From: an uncultured Chloroflexia bacterium
GTDB taxonomy: Bacteria; Chloroflexota; Dehalococcoidia; Dehalococcoidales; RBG-16-60-22
Assembly: GCA_963796365.1 (NCBI GenBank)
Contig: CAWCLJ010000004.1
Coordinates: 1,721,275-1,785,274 of the forward strand
Direction: 5' to 3'
Length of the DNA stretch: 64,000 bases
Positions 40,670 through 49,375 of the stretch are shown here, one piece after another; position 1 is the stretch's first letter; each line of letters begins with the position of its first letter. Under the pieces are notes generated by a model. It had not been told where the DNA came from and did not search any database. It saw nothing but the letters and a program-made list of their open reading frames with translations. Position numbers and translations under genes: made by a program.

Positions 40670-41527
40670 TTAGTGGAACTGTCTGGCTACCCACTGCGGT
40701 ACATTGACGGTCCCCATGATCACAGGTTTCTGATGGTCATCGCTACCGCCGCTCATAATCAGGCGGTGCTTTTTGCAGAAATCCAGATAATGTTTGGTCG
40801 TGGCCGCGTCCGCCCTGGAATGCCAGCACTCTATACCGTCGATGTATTTCATAAAGTGTTCTTCGACGATTTTTGTCTGCTCATTCAGGTCCTTGGTAAC
40901 GCTGGTAAGCGATGTACCGTTGGAGTCGTTAGGATGGGCCAGGACGAGCCGTCCGCCGGCGTTCCTGATTAAACCGGAAGCTTCTTCAAGCGGCAGGGGA
41001 TACTTGGGGACATCGCACCGGACGAGGTATTTATCGAAAGCCTCCTGGCGATTGCCCACGATTCCTTTTTTGATGAGGTAGTCCGCGATGTGGGGCCGGC
41101 TTAATATCCCATCGATTTCCTCCTGCATTTCCTGCAGGTCGGTATCATCGAAAAGCGGGCGGTTTTCTTTCTTGAATTCGCCGTTAAGGTTATCTATTAT
41201 TTTATGCGCTCTTTTTTCACGGTAGTCCCGTATTATTTCCAGTTTTTCGTTTAAAGCGGCGTTATCCGGGTTGAAAACATAGCCCAGGAAGTCCAGCGCG
41301 TGGGGTTTACTATTCAGCGTTACGGTAACGTTCAACTCCACACCGGTGATGTAGCGGATGGTATGTTCCGCCGCCAGCTTTACCGCCTTGCCCTGATGGG
41401 CAATGGCGTCATGGTCGGTAATCGACATAAACCCGATTCCCCGCTCCTTCGCTTCGTTAAAGACTTCTTCCAGGGTCATCGCCCCATCCGAACCGGTTTT
41501 AGTATGGATATGAAGATCGATTTTCAT
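40670..41527 (-). CDS. PHP-domain metal-dependent phosphoesterase
   Basis: MKIDLHIHTKTGSDG...SITDHD...AHP motifs. Confidence 0.75.
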   Translation of the reverse strand: MKIDLHIHTKTGSDGAMTLEEVFNEAKERGIGFMSITDHDAIAHQGKAVKLAAEHTIRYITGVELNVTVTLNSKPHALDFLGYVFNPDNAALNEKLEIIRDYREKRAHKIIDNLNGEFKKENRPLFDDTDLQEMQEEIDGILSRPHIADYLIKKGIVGNRQEAFDKYLVRCDVPKYPLPLEEASGLIRNAGGRLVLAHPNDSNGTSLTSVTKDLNEQTKIVEEHFMKYIDGIECWHSRADAATTKHYLDFCKKHRLIMSGGSDDHQKPVIMGTVNVPQWVARQFH

Positions 41528-41616
41528 CTGTGTTCCTTTACCTGTTTCCTCGACCCTTGCGGGAGAGGATTAAGGTGAGGGGTAACTGTAAACTATAGAC
41601 TGTGGACTGTGGATTG

Positions 41617-41651
41617 TTTACTATTTACTATTTACTATTTACTATTTACTA
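41617..41651. repeat. perfect heptamer tandem repeat (TTTACTA)x5
   Basis: Read directly. Abuts the stop codon of 41652..42254. Confidence 0.9.
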
Positions 41652-42254
41652 TCATCCCTTCACATACTTCGTGATATACCATTCCTCCGGCGGGTCTTTG
41701 GCCGTGTCAACGACTAAATGGGCCAATTTTAATCCGGGATAAACCTTCTTTATCGCTTCCAGGTCGACCGCCTCGAACTTCTTTTTATTATTCAGGTATG
41801 CTTCTTCCGTCAGGGCGTTGGAAACGTAATTCTCTTTATCCCGCGCCAGGATGCGTTTAATGGAAACCTCCTGCGGGCAGTCAGTTTGCAGGATAATAAA
41901 GGCGACTTTATGCTTGGCCGCCACAGCCGCCGCCTGCTTCCGCAGGTCCTGCGTAACAAAAGTGGCGTCCAGGATTACGTTTTTTTCGGTTTTAAGTGCT
42001 TCATCTGCCATCTCGAACATGACATCATAAACCGCCGTTCGCTTTTTCATGTCCCCGGCCACTTTCGGGTCGAAAACGTCCTGGCCTTTGAGCACGTCCA
42101 GCCTTAGAAGGTCGGAGCGTAAAAGTTTCCCGCCTTTTATCTTGTGGACTTCTTCGGTCGTTTCCGTTTTCCATGTTCCCGGCAGCCCGCATGCGATCAA
42201 GACAAATCCCGGTTTAATTTCTTTTTGAATGAACTTGTTGAACGTTTCTCTCAT
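41652..42254 (-). CDS. P-loop kinase-like ATPase (AAA_33-like)
   Basis: Walker A ACGLPGTWKT. 200 aa. Confidence 0.6.
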   Translation of the reverse strand: MRETFNKFIQKEIKPGFVLIACGLPGTWKTETTEEVHKIKGGKLLRSDLLRLDVLKGQDVFDPKVAGDMKKRTAVYDVMFEMADEALKTEKNVILDATFVTQDLRKQAAAVAAKHKVAFIILQTDCPQEVSIKRILARDKENYVSNALTEEAYLNNKKKFEAVDLEAIKKVYPGLKLAHLVVDTAKDPPEEWYITKYVKG

Positions 42255-42312
42255 TATTCCTCCAAAAACATTCCCCCTTTATTAAAGGGGGATTAAGGGG
42301 GTTTTTACAAAT

Positions 42313-42795
42313 TTATAATATCATCTCCAGCTCTAATTCATCTCTCAGTGGTATGCCGTCACTGCCGGTTAATGGTATCTCCGGCTTTAGACGACGATAT
42401 TTTTCCATAGCATTAACGTGTAATACTATAAGTGAAAAACCGTATTTTTGCCAGAATTTCAGCGCATGGGTGTTATCGTTGGTGGTTACCAGGAACAGCC
42501 GCTTACAACGTTTAGCCAAAGATGTTTTTTTTACTTCATCTACGAGGGCTAGCCCGATGCCTTTACCCTCCACAAGGCTGTTCATCGAGGTTATTTCACA
42601 TTCTTTCCCGTCGATGTGATAAGTTATCAGCCCCGCCCTTTCTCCCCCCTCCAATGCGATAAATCCCGGGTATTCACCGACGTCGTGGACCTTGCCGCGG
42701 GTTATCATTACCGGGCCGGCCCAATCCTTTTTTAGCAGTTCGAGCACCCATGCTTTATCGGTTTCGTTTACGGGCCTGATTTGAAAAGTTGCCAT
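42313..42795 (-). CDS. GNAT-family N-acetyltransferase
   Basis: ..VEGKGIGLALVDEVKK.. acetyl-CoA-binding motif. 160 aa. Confidence 0.75.
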   Translation of the reverse strand: MATFQIRPVNETDKAWVLELLKKDWAGPVMITRGKVHDVGEYPGFIALEGGERAGLITYHIDGKECEITSMNSLVEGKGIGLALVDEVKKTSLAKRCKRLFLVTTNDNTHALKFWQKYGFSLIVLHVNAMEKYRRLKPEIPLTGSDGIPLRDELELEMIL

Positions 42796-42809
42796 TTTTT
42801 AATATCTGC

Positions 42810-43817
42810 CTAGTCTTCAATATAAGACTCCGCCTGCCGGAAGTAGTTTGCCGCGTTCGCCGCAATTTTATCTTTTTCCGCAACGGAGATATGCGGGTCG
42901 TCATACCCGAGGCAGCCCACCTTCCCCCGCACATAGGCCCGGTAGCATTTATAGAAATTGAGCAGTTTCAGCAGTTCTTTGTCCCCACTCTTTTTCACAT
43001 AGGCATCAACAAAGCTTTTGGAAAGGTCCGCGCGGCCGAAGTGGTCAAGGTCCATCGCCAGGAAAGCGATATCCGCCGCTACATCGGTATATCTTAATCT
43101 ATCAATAAACTCGATGCAGTCGTAGATGCAGATGCCGTTGAAAAAACAAATATGATTGGCATGTAAATCGCCGTGGCAGTCCCGCACTTTGCCTTCCGCC
43201 ATGCGCTTAAGGAATAACAAACGGTTGTTTTTAATGAAATTTTCTGTATAGCTTTTAATGTGCTCGTAAGTTTCCGGCGCGATGATAATGCCGAAGTATT
43301 TTTCCGTCTGCTCGAAGTTTTCCGAAGTGTTTTTGATGACAGCCTCGATGCCGCCTTCCCGGGTGATTTCCTTGCTGGTGTCGGCTTTTTTATGAAATTC
43401 GGCCAGGATGTCCGCCACCAGCCCCACCATTTCCGGGGTGACTTTATTTTGCGGGAGCAGGGCGTCCATCATTTTGTCCTGCGGCAGGCGGCGCATCTTC
43501 ACCGCGTACTCGATGGCTTTTCCTTTTCCCCCGATGACCGCCCGCCCTTTTTCCAGGAAAATGGGGACGATACCGAGGTAGGTATCTTTGCAGAGGCGGC
43601 GGTTAAGCTCGACTTCTTTTCGACAGTAAAAAAGGCGCTTTTCCAGCGTGGTGTAATTCAAAAAACCCATGTCCACCGGCTTCTTGATTTTATAAACGTA
43701 TTCCCCGGCCAGTAAAACATAGGAAATCTGTGTCTGCGACAGTTCTACCCGCGCTGGAGGATCGGGGTAGACTTTCGGGTCGAGTAATGCCTGGATTAGT
43801 TCCGGCAGTTCCGCCAT
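42810..43817 (-). CDS. aminoglycoside-phosphotransferase-like (APH/ChoK family) kinase
   Basis: Catalytic loop HGDLHANHICF and DCIEF (DxD-like). ATG at 43817 (the track ORF starts at GTG 43835). Confidence 0.65.
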   Translation of the reverse strand: MAELPELIQALLDPKVYPDPPARVELSQTQISYVLLAGEYVYKIKKPVDMGFLNYTTLEKRLFYCRKEVELNRRLCKDTYLGIVPIFLEKGRAVIGGKGKAIEYAVKMRRLPQDKMMDALLPQNKVTPEMVGLVADILAEFHKKADTSKEITREGGIEAVIKNTSENFEQTEKYFGIIIAPETYEHIKSYTENFIKNNRLLFLKRMAEGKVRDCHGDLHANHICFFNGICIYDCIEFIDRLRYTDVAADIAFLAMDLDHFGRADLSKSFVDAYVKKSGDKELLKLLNFYKCYRAYVRGKVGCLGYDDPHISVAEKDKIAANAANYFRQAESYIED

Positions 43818-43849
43818 AGATAAAATCCCAAGCACTAAATCCTGATAGA

Positions 43850-43935
43850 GAGTCCAGAGAGCAAACTCTCTGGCGGGGACTCAGGGGGTGTCCCCCGGCC
43901 TCTCCTCTCATCAGGGAGGGGCGAAAGGGGGATTG
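43850..43935. repeat. GC-rich hairpin element, copy C
   Basis: GAGTCCAGAGAGCAAACTCTCTGGCGGGGACTCAGGGGGTGTCCCCCGGCCTCTCCT... Confidence 0.6.
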
Positions 43936-44081
43936 CTTAATAGTTTAGAAATTAGGATTTAGAGCTTTTTACTTTGTCTTGGCCTGCGCTTTTTGCTTTT
44001 CCTTGAGCTTTTTCTTAGCTTTCAGGTGCTTACGCATGGCAACTCTTTTAGTTTTATTCATTAAATATACTATAGCCTAAA

Positions 44082-44291
44082 CTAACGTTTCTTGTCACTA
44101 TTTTGTACCATGTCCGCAAATCTTTTAAAGGAGCGGTCGTAATTGCCCTCGATTTCCGCCGGGAAAGCGCAGGCGGGTAATTCTTCCATTTCCAGATGGT
44201 AGGCGATACATTCGCAGCACTTGCCTTTGCGCGGGCAGGGTTCGTAAGTGCAGTTGCACTTAGATTTGTTGGCTTTTAAGTTACATTCCAT
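44082..44291 (-). CDS. small Cys-rich protein (DUF6485-like)
   Basis: CNCTYEPCPRKGKCCECIAYHLEMEELPACAFP motif. Confidence 0.5.
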   Translation of the reverse strand: MECNLKANKSKCNCTYEPCPRKGKCCECIAYHLEMEELPACAFPAEIEGNYDRSFKRFADMVQNSDKKR

Positions 44292-44664
44292 ATATTACGA
44301 CCTCAAGCGCATTTTCATTACTTTTTATTTTATTTATTAGTAATGAGGAAATTTTACTCTCCCATTTATTTGTGTGCCCGATTTCATATTCGTTCGAGTC
44401 ATTTTTTGCAGAATAGAAAATTGCATCAATAGGTATCTTGGCCAGATTGTCTATATCTTTTGAGAAAGGATTCTTTAAATAACAATTCAGAACGATACTA
44501 ATTTCTGTATATGCTTCTAATATTTGTTCGATAAATTGCTCATCAAATTTTGGGTTCATCTTTTTTATTGCTTTTCTAATGTTGTTTCTTTTTTGGGAAT
44601 CATTTGAACCCCACGTAACTGACTCAATTCCATCAAGTTTTATATTAAGCAATAAGGTTTTCAT
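44281..44664 (-). CDS. RusA-like Holliday-junction resolvase (tentative)
   Basis: ISIVLNCYLKNPFSKDIDNLAKIPIDAIF parallels RusA [26 protein letters not shown]. AT-rich gene. Confidence 0.4.
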   Translation of the reverse strand: MKTLLLNIKLDGIESVTWGSNDSQKRNNIRKAIKKMNPKFDEQFIEQILEAYTEISIVLNCYLKNPFSKDIDNLAKIPIDAIFYSAKNDSNEYEIGHTNKWESKISSLLINKIKSNENALEVVIYGM

Positions 44665-44684
44665 TTTTAATTTTCCCCTCCCCC

Positions 44685-45542
44685 CTACTCCACCTTCGGT
44701 CTTTCTGGATTCTTCCCCTTTAAGATATTTTCCGCCCTCTGCCGGAAAAGCTCCTGCACCAGCGGGTCGGTAAAGATGTAAAAAGTGCCTTCGCGTATCG
44801 CTTTAAAGACCAAATCTGCGTTTTCTTCCGGCGTCAGGGTCGGGGCCACTTTATTAAACTGGCTCACAAGCTGAGCGGTCGGCCGGGGTTCCTGGGATTC
44901 AGTCTTGTTTTTAAAATTGGACGGCCGGTTCCTTTCCGCGTCGAAAAGTTTTGAGCTGACGAAAGCCGGCAGGAGAACGCTGATGCCGATAGGCGAGTTG
45001 GCCTGCTTTAGCTGCATGTAATACCCCTCGGAAAAAGCGATAATAGCTGATTTCGTGGCGGCATAAATAACCAGTTGCGGCTCTAAAAGCAGCCCCGCCA
45101 TGGATGCCGTATTTACTATGTGCCCTTCCGCGTTTTGCTTCATCATTATCGGCAGGAAGACCCTCATGCCGTATATTTCTCCCCAGAGATTGACGCCTAT
45201 CATCCACTCCCAGTCACGGAGGGAAGTCTCCCATATCGGTTTACGCAGGGAAATATCCGTATTCACCCCGGCGTTATTAAAGAGGAGGTGCACCTCGCCG
45301 TATTTCTCGACGGCCTTTTTCGCCAGCGCTTCAATGTCTGATAGCTTCGAGACATCGGTGCGTACCGCCAGGACATCCGCCCCCCGCGCTTTGAGGTCCT
45401 TTTCCGCCTGCTTCAGCGCCCCTTCCTCGATATCCGCGATGACCACCTTCATACCTTCGTCAGCGCACCGCTCCGCCAGCCCCCACCCGATGCCGCTGGC
45501 CCCGCCGGTTATAACTGCTACTTTACCTTTAAAGTCTTTCAT
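44685..45542 (-). CDS. SDR-family oxidoreductase
   Basis: ITGGASGIGWG, NNAG, YAATK motifs. Confidence 0.85.
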   Translation of the reverse strand: MKDFKGKVAVITGGASGIGWGLAERCADEGMKVVIADIEEGALKQAEKDLKARGADVLAVRTDVSKLSDIEALAKKAVEKYGEVHLLFNNAGVNTDISLRKPIWETSLRDWEWMIGVNLWGEIYGMRVFLPIMMKQNAEGHIVNTASMAGLLLEPQLVIYAATKSAIIAFSEGYYMQLKQANSPIGISVLLPAFVSSKLFDAERNRPSNFKNKTESQEPRPTAQLVSQFNKVAPTLTPEENADLVFKAIREGTFYIFTDPLVQELFRQRAENILKGKNPERPKVE

Positions 45543-45557
45543 GTTTGGTCTCCTTTA

Positions 45558-45668
45558 TCATGCTGGAGCGTCCTGTCCCACATAGGCGGAGTGAATCGGG
45601 AAGCGAAGCGTTTCTTTCCCTTTCCTGTCAAGCTGGAGCGAAGCGAAGCATCTCAGGGCGGGGTTGGG
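45558..45668. repeat. 'word' repeats, left flank of the GIY-YIG gene
   Basis: TCATGCTGGAGCG... and GTCAAGCTGGAGCGAAGCGAAGCATCTCAGGGCGGGGTTGGG. Confidence 0.6.
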
Positions 45669-45671
45669 AAA

Positions 45672-45959
45672 TTATTTATACCAGTCTTCGCTCAAGTCCT
45701 TAAATTCCGGATTCATCGTTTTTATTAATTCAATCTTTTTGCTCCTAAGCATGCCTTTTATTTGTTTTTCTCTGGCTATGGCAACGGTAATATCGTTCGT
45801 AGATTCAAAGTGAACAAGCCTGCTAATGTTGTATTTCTTGGTGAATCCTTCATTAATTTTGTTCTTGTGTTGAAATACTCTTCTTTCCAGGTCATCCGTA
45901 ACACCGGTATAAAGCATTAGCGATTTATTAGCAAGCATATAGGCAAAATATTCTTTCAT
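45672..45959 (-). CDS. GIY-YIG nuclease-family protein (UPF0213/YhbQ-like)
   Basis: YFAYMLANKSLMLYTGVTDDLERRVFQHKN...REKQIKG. 95 aa. AT-rich. Confidence 0.8.
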   Translation of the reverse strand: MKEYFAYMLANKSLMLYTGVTDDLERRVFQHKNKINEGFTKKYNISRLVHFESTNDITVAIAREKQIKGMLRSKKIELIKTMNPEFKDLSEDWYK

Positions 45960-45980
45960 TTGCAGGTAATTATATCATGA

Positions 45981-46045
45981 CCGCCCCACCCTGATATCCT
46001 TCGTCCGCCTTCGGCGTCCTCCAGGATGACAATTTGTCATTCTCC
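45981..46045. repeat. 'word' repeat, right flank of the GIY-YIG gene (inverted relative to the left flank)
   Basis: Reverse complement reads GTCATCCTGGAGGACGCCGAAGGCGGACGAAGGATATCAGGGTGGGGCGG. Confidence 0.6.
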
Positions 46046-46046
46046 T

Positions 46047-47090
46047 TTACCCGTATTTCCTCCTCATCACCTCGGAAAGCTCGGTGAGTAATTGCAGGGC
46101 GCGCTCCGCTTCTTCTTCATTGGCTAAAGGATTCAGTCCGCAGCAGGGCAGCAGCAGGCTGTGCTTGACGATATCTTTGATTGACAGCCCGTTACGCGTA
46201 AACGGCGCCATGGCCTCTTCTAGCCGGTCTTTCAAACTGGCGACGGTCTCTTTGCTCAACGGCTCGCTGAACTGCGGTACGATGCCCCATGCCACGCATC
46301 CGCCCCGGTTAATAAAGTTTTTTACCTCCAGCGGGTAGAGCGCCAGCGATGCCGCGTAAGAATAAGCGTCAAAGTTGAGTATATCCATCCTGGTTTTCAT
46401 TAATAACGACCAATCGGTGTTGCCGCAGCAGTGAATGCCTTTGAGTCCGCTTATGCCGTCAAAGACCTCATTAAGGATTTCAATGACTTTTTCCGGTTTG
46501 GAAAAATCACCCGCCGCAATGGAGGAACCGTAGGACGACATATAAGGCTCATCTACGAATATAATCGTCTTTTTAGATATCTTCATCAGCGCGTGCTCTT
46601 CCCACGCCGCCTTGAGCTTTAAGAACTTGGGGACGGCGTCCCCCAGCATCTCGTGGTAAAGTATCGAGCGCTTATTTTCATCGGTCACCGTCAGGCCCCA
46701 GGAAAAAGGCCCGGTAATGCACCCTTTGACCGCCTTGGGTGAAAGATTGTCCATTGCCAGAAACTCGTAAAGCCCGGCCGCATATTCACGCCCGATGCTG
46801 TAACGGGAGTAATCGTTTTCCATGTAGGCCATATAAAGCGTTTCCAACTCTTTGGAATAGTCCTTCGAGGTATCGATGTAAAAGCGGTTATTTTCTTTGT
46901 CCAGCGTTGCGCCGGGAAAACCCTCGCTATATTGGATGTACATGTTCTCCATAAATGACCGCCGTGGGAGTTGCGGCCAGGTAGGGATATCTTTAAGGTA
47001 ACGCGTAATCAACGCCGTGGCTTTCCCGGGGTCGGTCATCGGCACGCTCCCGATGGTGGTAATCATGCAATAAAATTCTGTGTTAGCCAT
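46047..47090 (-). CDS. cobalamin-independent methionine synthase-like (MetE C-terminal/Meth_synt_2-like) protein
   Basis: TTIGSVP near the N-terminus, plus GIHCCGN and LLPCCGL putative Zn-ligand motifs. 347 aa. Confidence 0.55.
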   Translation of the reverse strand: MANTEFYCMITTIGSVPMTDPGKATALITRYLKDIPTWPQLPRRSFMENMYIQYSEGFPGATLDKENNRFYIDTSKDYSKELETLYMAYMENDYSRYSIGREYAAGLYEFLAMDNLSPKAVKGCITGPFSWGLTVTDENKRSILYHEMLGDAVPKFLKLKAAWEEHALMKISKKTIIFVDEPYMSSYGSSIAAGDFSKPEKVIEILNEVFDGISGLKGIHCCGNTDWSLLMKTRMDILNFDAYSYAASLALYPLEVKNFINRGGCVAWGIVPQFSEPLSKETVASLKDRLEEAMAPFTRNGLSIKDIVKHSLLLPCCGLNPLANEEEAERALQLLTELSEVMRRKYG

Positions 47091-47119
47091 CTTCTTTCCT
47101 CTCCTCTGCTTCCCCTGTT

Positions 47120-47205
47120 GTCATCCTGACGCAGGTCAGAATCCATCGTGATTACTTCAAGCATCATTAGCCTTTTTTTTGGATTCCTGCTTGCGCGGGA
47201 ATGAC
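47120..47205. repeat. palindromic 'word' repeats (GTCATCCTGACGCAGG..., GGATTCCTGCTTGCGCGGGAATGAC)
   Basis: Read directly, between mtnP and the MetE-like gene. Confidence 0.6.
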
Positions 47206-47249
47206 AAACTAATTTTAACTTTGAACTATTGACCTTTGAGTTCTCCCTT

Positions 47250-48122
47250 TCACCCCTTCACGTACTTCCCTATAATCAGTTCCAGTTCCTTTTTCCTCGC
47301 CGCTGGTATCGCCGCGATGTCCGTCGTAATTGCCCCCGCCAGCGCATTGGCACAGGCGCAGGTCCTCTTTACCGCCACTTTTCCCGCCGCCAGCTTGATG
47401 GTCTTTTTCGCGAAATCGATGTTGTTACGCATCGTCGTTAAAATCGCTTCCACGCTTACCGCCTCTTTTGCCTCGTGCCAGCTGTCGTAATCGGTTATAC
47501 AGGCGATAGACGCGTAGCAGATTTCCGCCTCGCGGGCCAGCTTGGCTTCCGGCAGCACCGTCATCCCCAGCACGTCCGCCCCCCAGCTTTTATAAAGACG
47601 GCTTTCGGCGCGGGTGGAAAAAGCCGGGCCTTCCATCGCGATAAAAGTGCCGCCCTTATGCACCACCGCCCCGGCGTCCTTCGCCGCTTTATAGACGATA
47701 TTATTCAAGTCCGGGCAGAACGGGTTGGCGAACTGTATGTGCGCCACGATGCCGTCATTAAAGAAAGTATTCACGCGGTTCCTGGTGCGGTCGATTATCT
47801 GGTCGGGGATTAAAAGGTGCCCCGGCTTTAGCTCTTCTTTAAAGCTCCCGCAGGAGTTGGAGGAAATGATGAACTCCACGCCCAGGCTTTTTAACGCGTA
47901 AATATTGGCGCGGGACGGCACCTCGGTGGGGGAGATGGTATGCTTCCGCCCGTGACGTGCCAGGAAAGCGATGCCCGCCCCGCCCAGTTTCCCCACGATG
48001 ATTGTGTCCGACGGCTTCCCGAACGGCGTATCCGGATATATTTCCTGGATATCTATCAACCTCTCGATATTATAAAGCCCCGTTCCGCCGATGACCGCGA
48101 TTCTAGCTCTGGGTTGGGACAT
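47250..48122 (-). CDS. mtnP: S-methyl-5'-thioadenosine phosphorylase (MTAP)
   Basis: IAVIGGTGLY, FGKPSD, FLARHGR, MT..PEA.LARE motifs of the PNP/MTAP family. Confidence 0.8.
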   Translation of the reverse strand: MSQPRARIAVIGGTGLYNIERLIDIQEIYPDTPFGKPSDTIIVGKLGGAGIAFLARHGRKHTISPTEVPSRANIYALKSLGVEFIISSNSCGSFKEELKPGHLLIPDQIIDRTRNRVNTFFNDGIVAHIQFANPFCPDLNNIVYKAAKDAGAVVHKGGTFIAMEGPAFSTRAESRLYKSWGADVLGMTVLPEAKLAREAEICYASIACITDYDSWHEAKEAVSVEAILTTMRNNIDFAKKTIKLAAGKVAVKRTCACANALAGAITTDIAAIPAARKKELELIIGKYVKG

Positions 48123-48186
48123 GGGTATTTCCTCCGTTAGTATTCTTTCTTTTTTAACAATCCTAACTCTAGTAATATTGACTGCA

Positions 48187-49074
48187 TTAAAAAATACTTG
48201 ATGTAATACAAGATTTGGCAGTGTCTTGGATTATTTTTCTATCATGTTGCACTTTTAAACCCAAATCGTATATTGCACTAGCAGAATTGATTATTTCATC
48301 GCTGAGCTCAAGTTTTTTAAGCATTTTTTTAACATCATTGCGACCTATACCACTAGTATCCGCATCAAGTTCATTACAAATATCTTGAACTAATTCTATC
48401 CAAGCATCTCTAATGAGTAATCCTGTACTTTGGAATTCTTCAATCTTGTCACTCTTTAAAATCTTGTTTTTAGCGAGTCGAAGTTTTTGTCCAACAACAG
48501 GATTAAATAGTTCGATATTAGAAATAGATTCAGTTATCCAATCAGTTTTCGGATTTCGCCAATAACATCTTTTCCATAATTGTTCTTTTTGTAGAAGTTC
48601 TTCATCTTTATCTAGAATCCACTCTGGCCAAGGCCACGTAAGAAGTTCTGCTTCTAATTTTATTTTTTTGTAAATCGGATGCTCTATCTCAAGTAATTTA
48701 CCAAGATCAATTAATTTAAATTCTGCTTCTTTTATAGGGTGCCAGTAGATTGGGATATTTTTTTCTCTAAACATACAGAGAGCTAAAGAAAAGCCTTTTG
48801 CCCCTTCACCACTATAACCGTCTTGAAATCCGCTAGGAATAATGGTTAATGGAAAATGCCACCAATTCCATAATAGAAAAAGATGTTCTCGTCCATTTTT
48901 TGAATATTGAGGAGTTGAAACTAAAGTGGCATTTTCTGGCAATCTACCGCTATTTAGGATTGCATCAATTGCGATTAAACAATCAGACGTGTATCCAGAA
49001 TGTCCAATATATAAAGCTTTATACTTCTCTTCCTCTTCAATTTCTTGCCAATTAATATCATTTGAATTGAACAT
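48187..49074 (-). CDS. hypothetical protein, AT-rich ORFan (296 aa from ATG 49074)
   Basis: Long uninterrupted ORF in visibly AT-rich DNA. No motif recognised. The first 43 codons of the track ORF run into a repeat element, so I did not count them as coding. Confidence 0.5.
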   Translation of the reverse strand: MFNSNDINWQEIEEEEKYKALYIGHSGYTSDCLIAIDAILNSGRLPENATLVSTPQYSKNGREHLFLLWNWWHFPLTIIPSGFQDGYSGEGAKGFSLALCMFREKNIPIYWHPIKEAEFKLIDLGKLLEIEHPIYKKIKLEAELLTWPWPEWILDKDEELLQKEQLWKRCYWRNPKTDWITESISNIELFNPVVGQKLRLAKNKILKSDKIEEFQSTGLLIRDAWIELVQDICNELDADTSGIGRNDVKKMLKKLELSDEIINSASAIYDLGLKVQHDRKIIQDTAKSCITSSIF

Positions 49075-49290
49075 GATTATACCTACTGAAGTAGTACCTA
49101 AAGTATATCCCCGCTTTACATATCTCGCAAGCGGGAATCCGACCTTTTCTCCTGACCTCTTCTCCGCTGGCAGAGAAGAGGCAACGGTAAATACATGATT
49201 CAAGAGAATCTTTTGTCTCCCTCTTTGTCAACGGAGAGGGAGAATATGAGGAAAAGGTCGGTCAAAATCCGTCCTTTTTGAAGGAAAGAT

Positions 49291-49374
49291 AATCCATCGG
49301 GTCATTATAGGAAATCTTAAATATAAAAGACAAATATCGTTCCCCTTGTCAAAGGGGAAGCCGAAGAGGATTTT
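49291..49374 (+). repeat. ~84-nt intergenic element, copy a (3' side of the hydrolase gene)
   Basis: AATCCATCGGGTCATTATAGGAAAT...ATCGTTCCCCTTGTCAAAGGGGAAGCCGAAGAGGATTTT. Confidence 0.65.
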
Positions 49375-49375
49375 A

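Noticed and set aside
43969-44061. 30-aa highly basic ORF MNKTKRVAMRKHLKAKKKLKEKQKAQAKTK on the minus strand.
   Set aside because: There is no Shine-Dalgarno site and it is too short to judge. It could be real (ribosome-associated-like composition) but cannot be supported from sequence alone.
47091-47249. SAM or cobalamin riboswitch upstream of the MetE-like gene.
   Set aside because: The spacer consists of the common 'word' palindromes. No SAM-I or B12-box consensus is visible.
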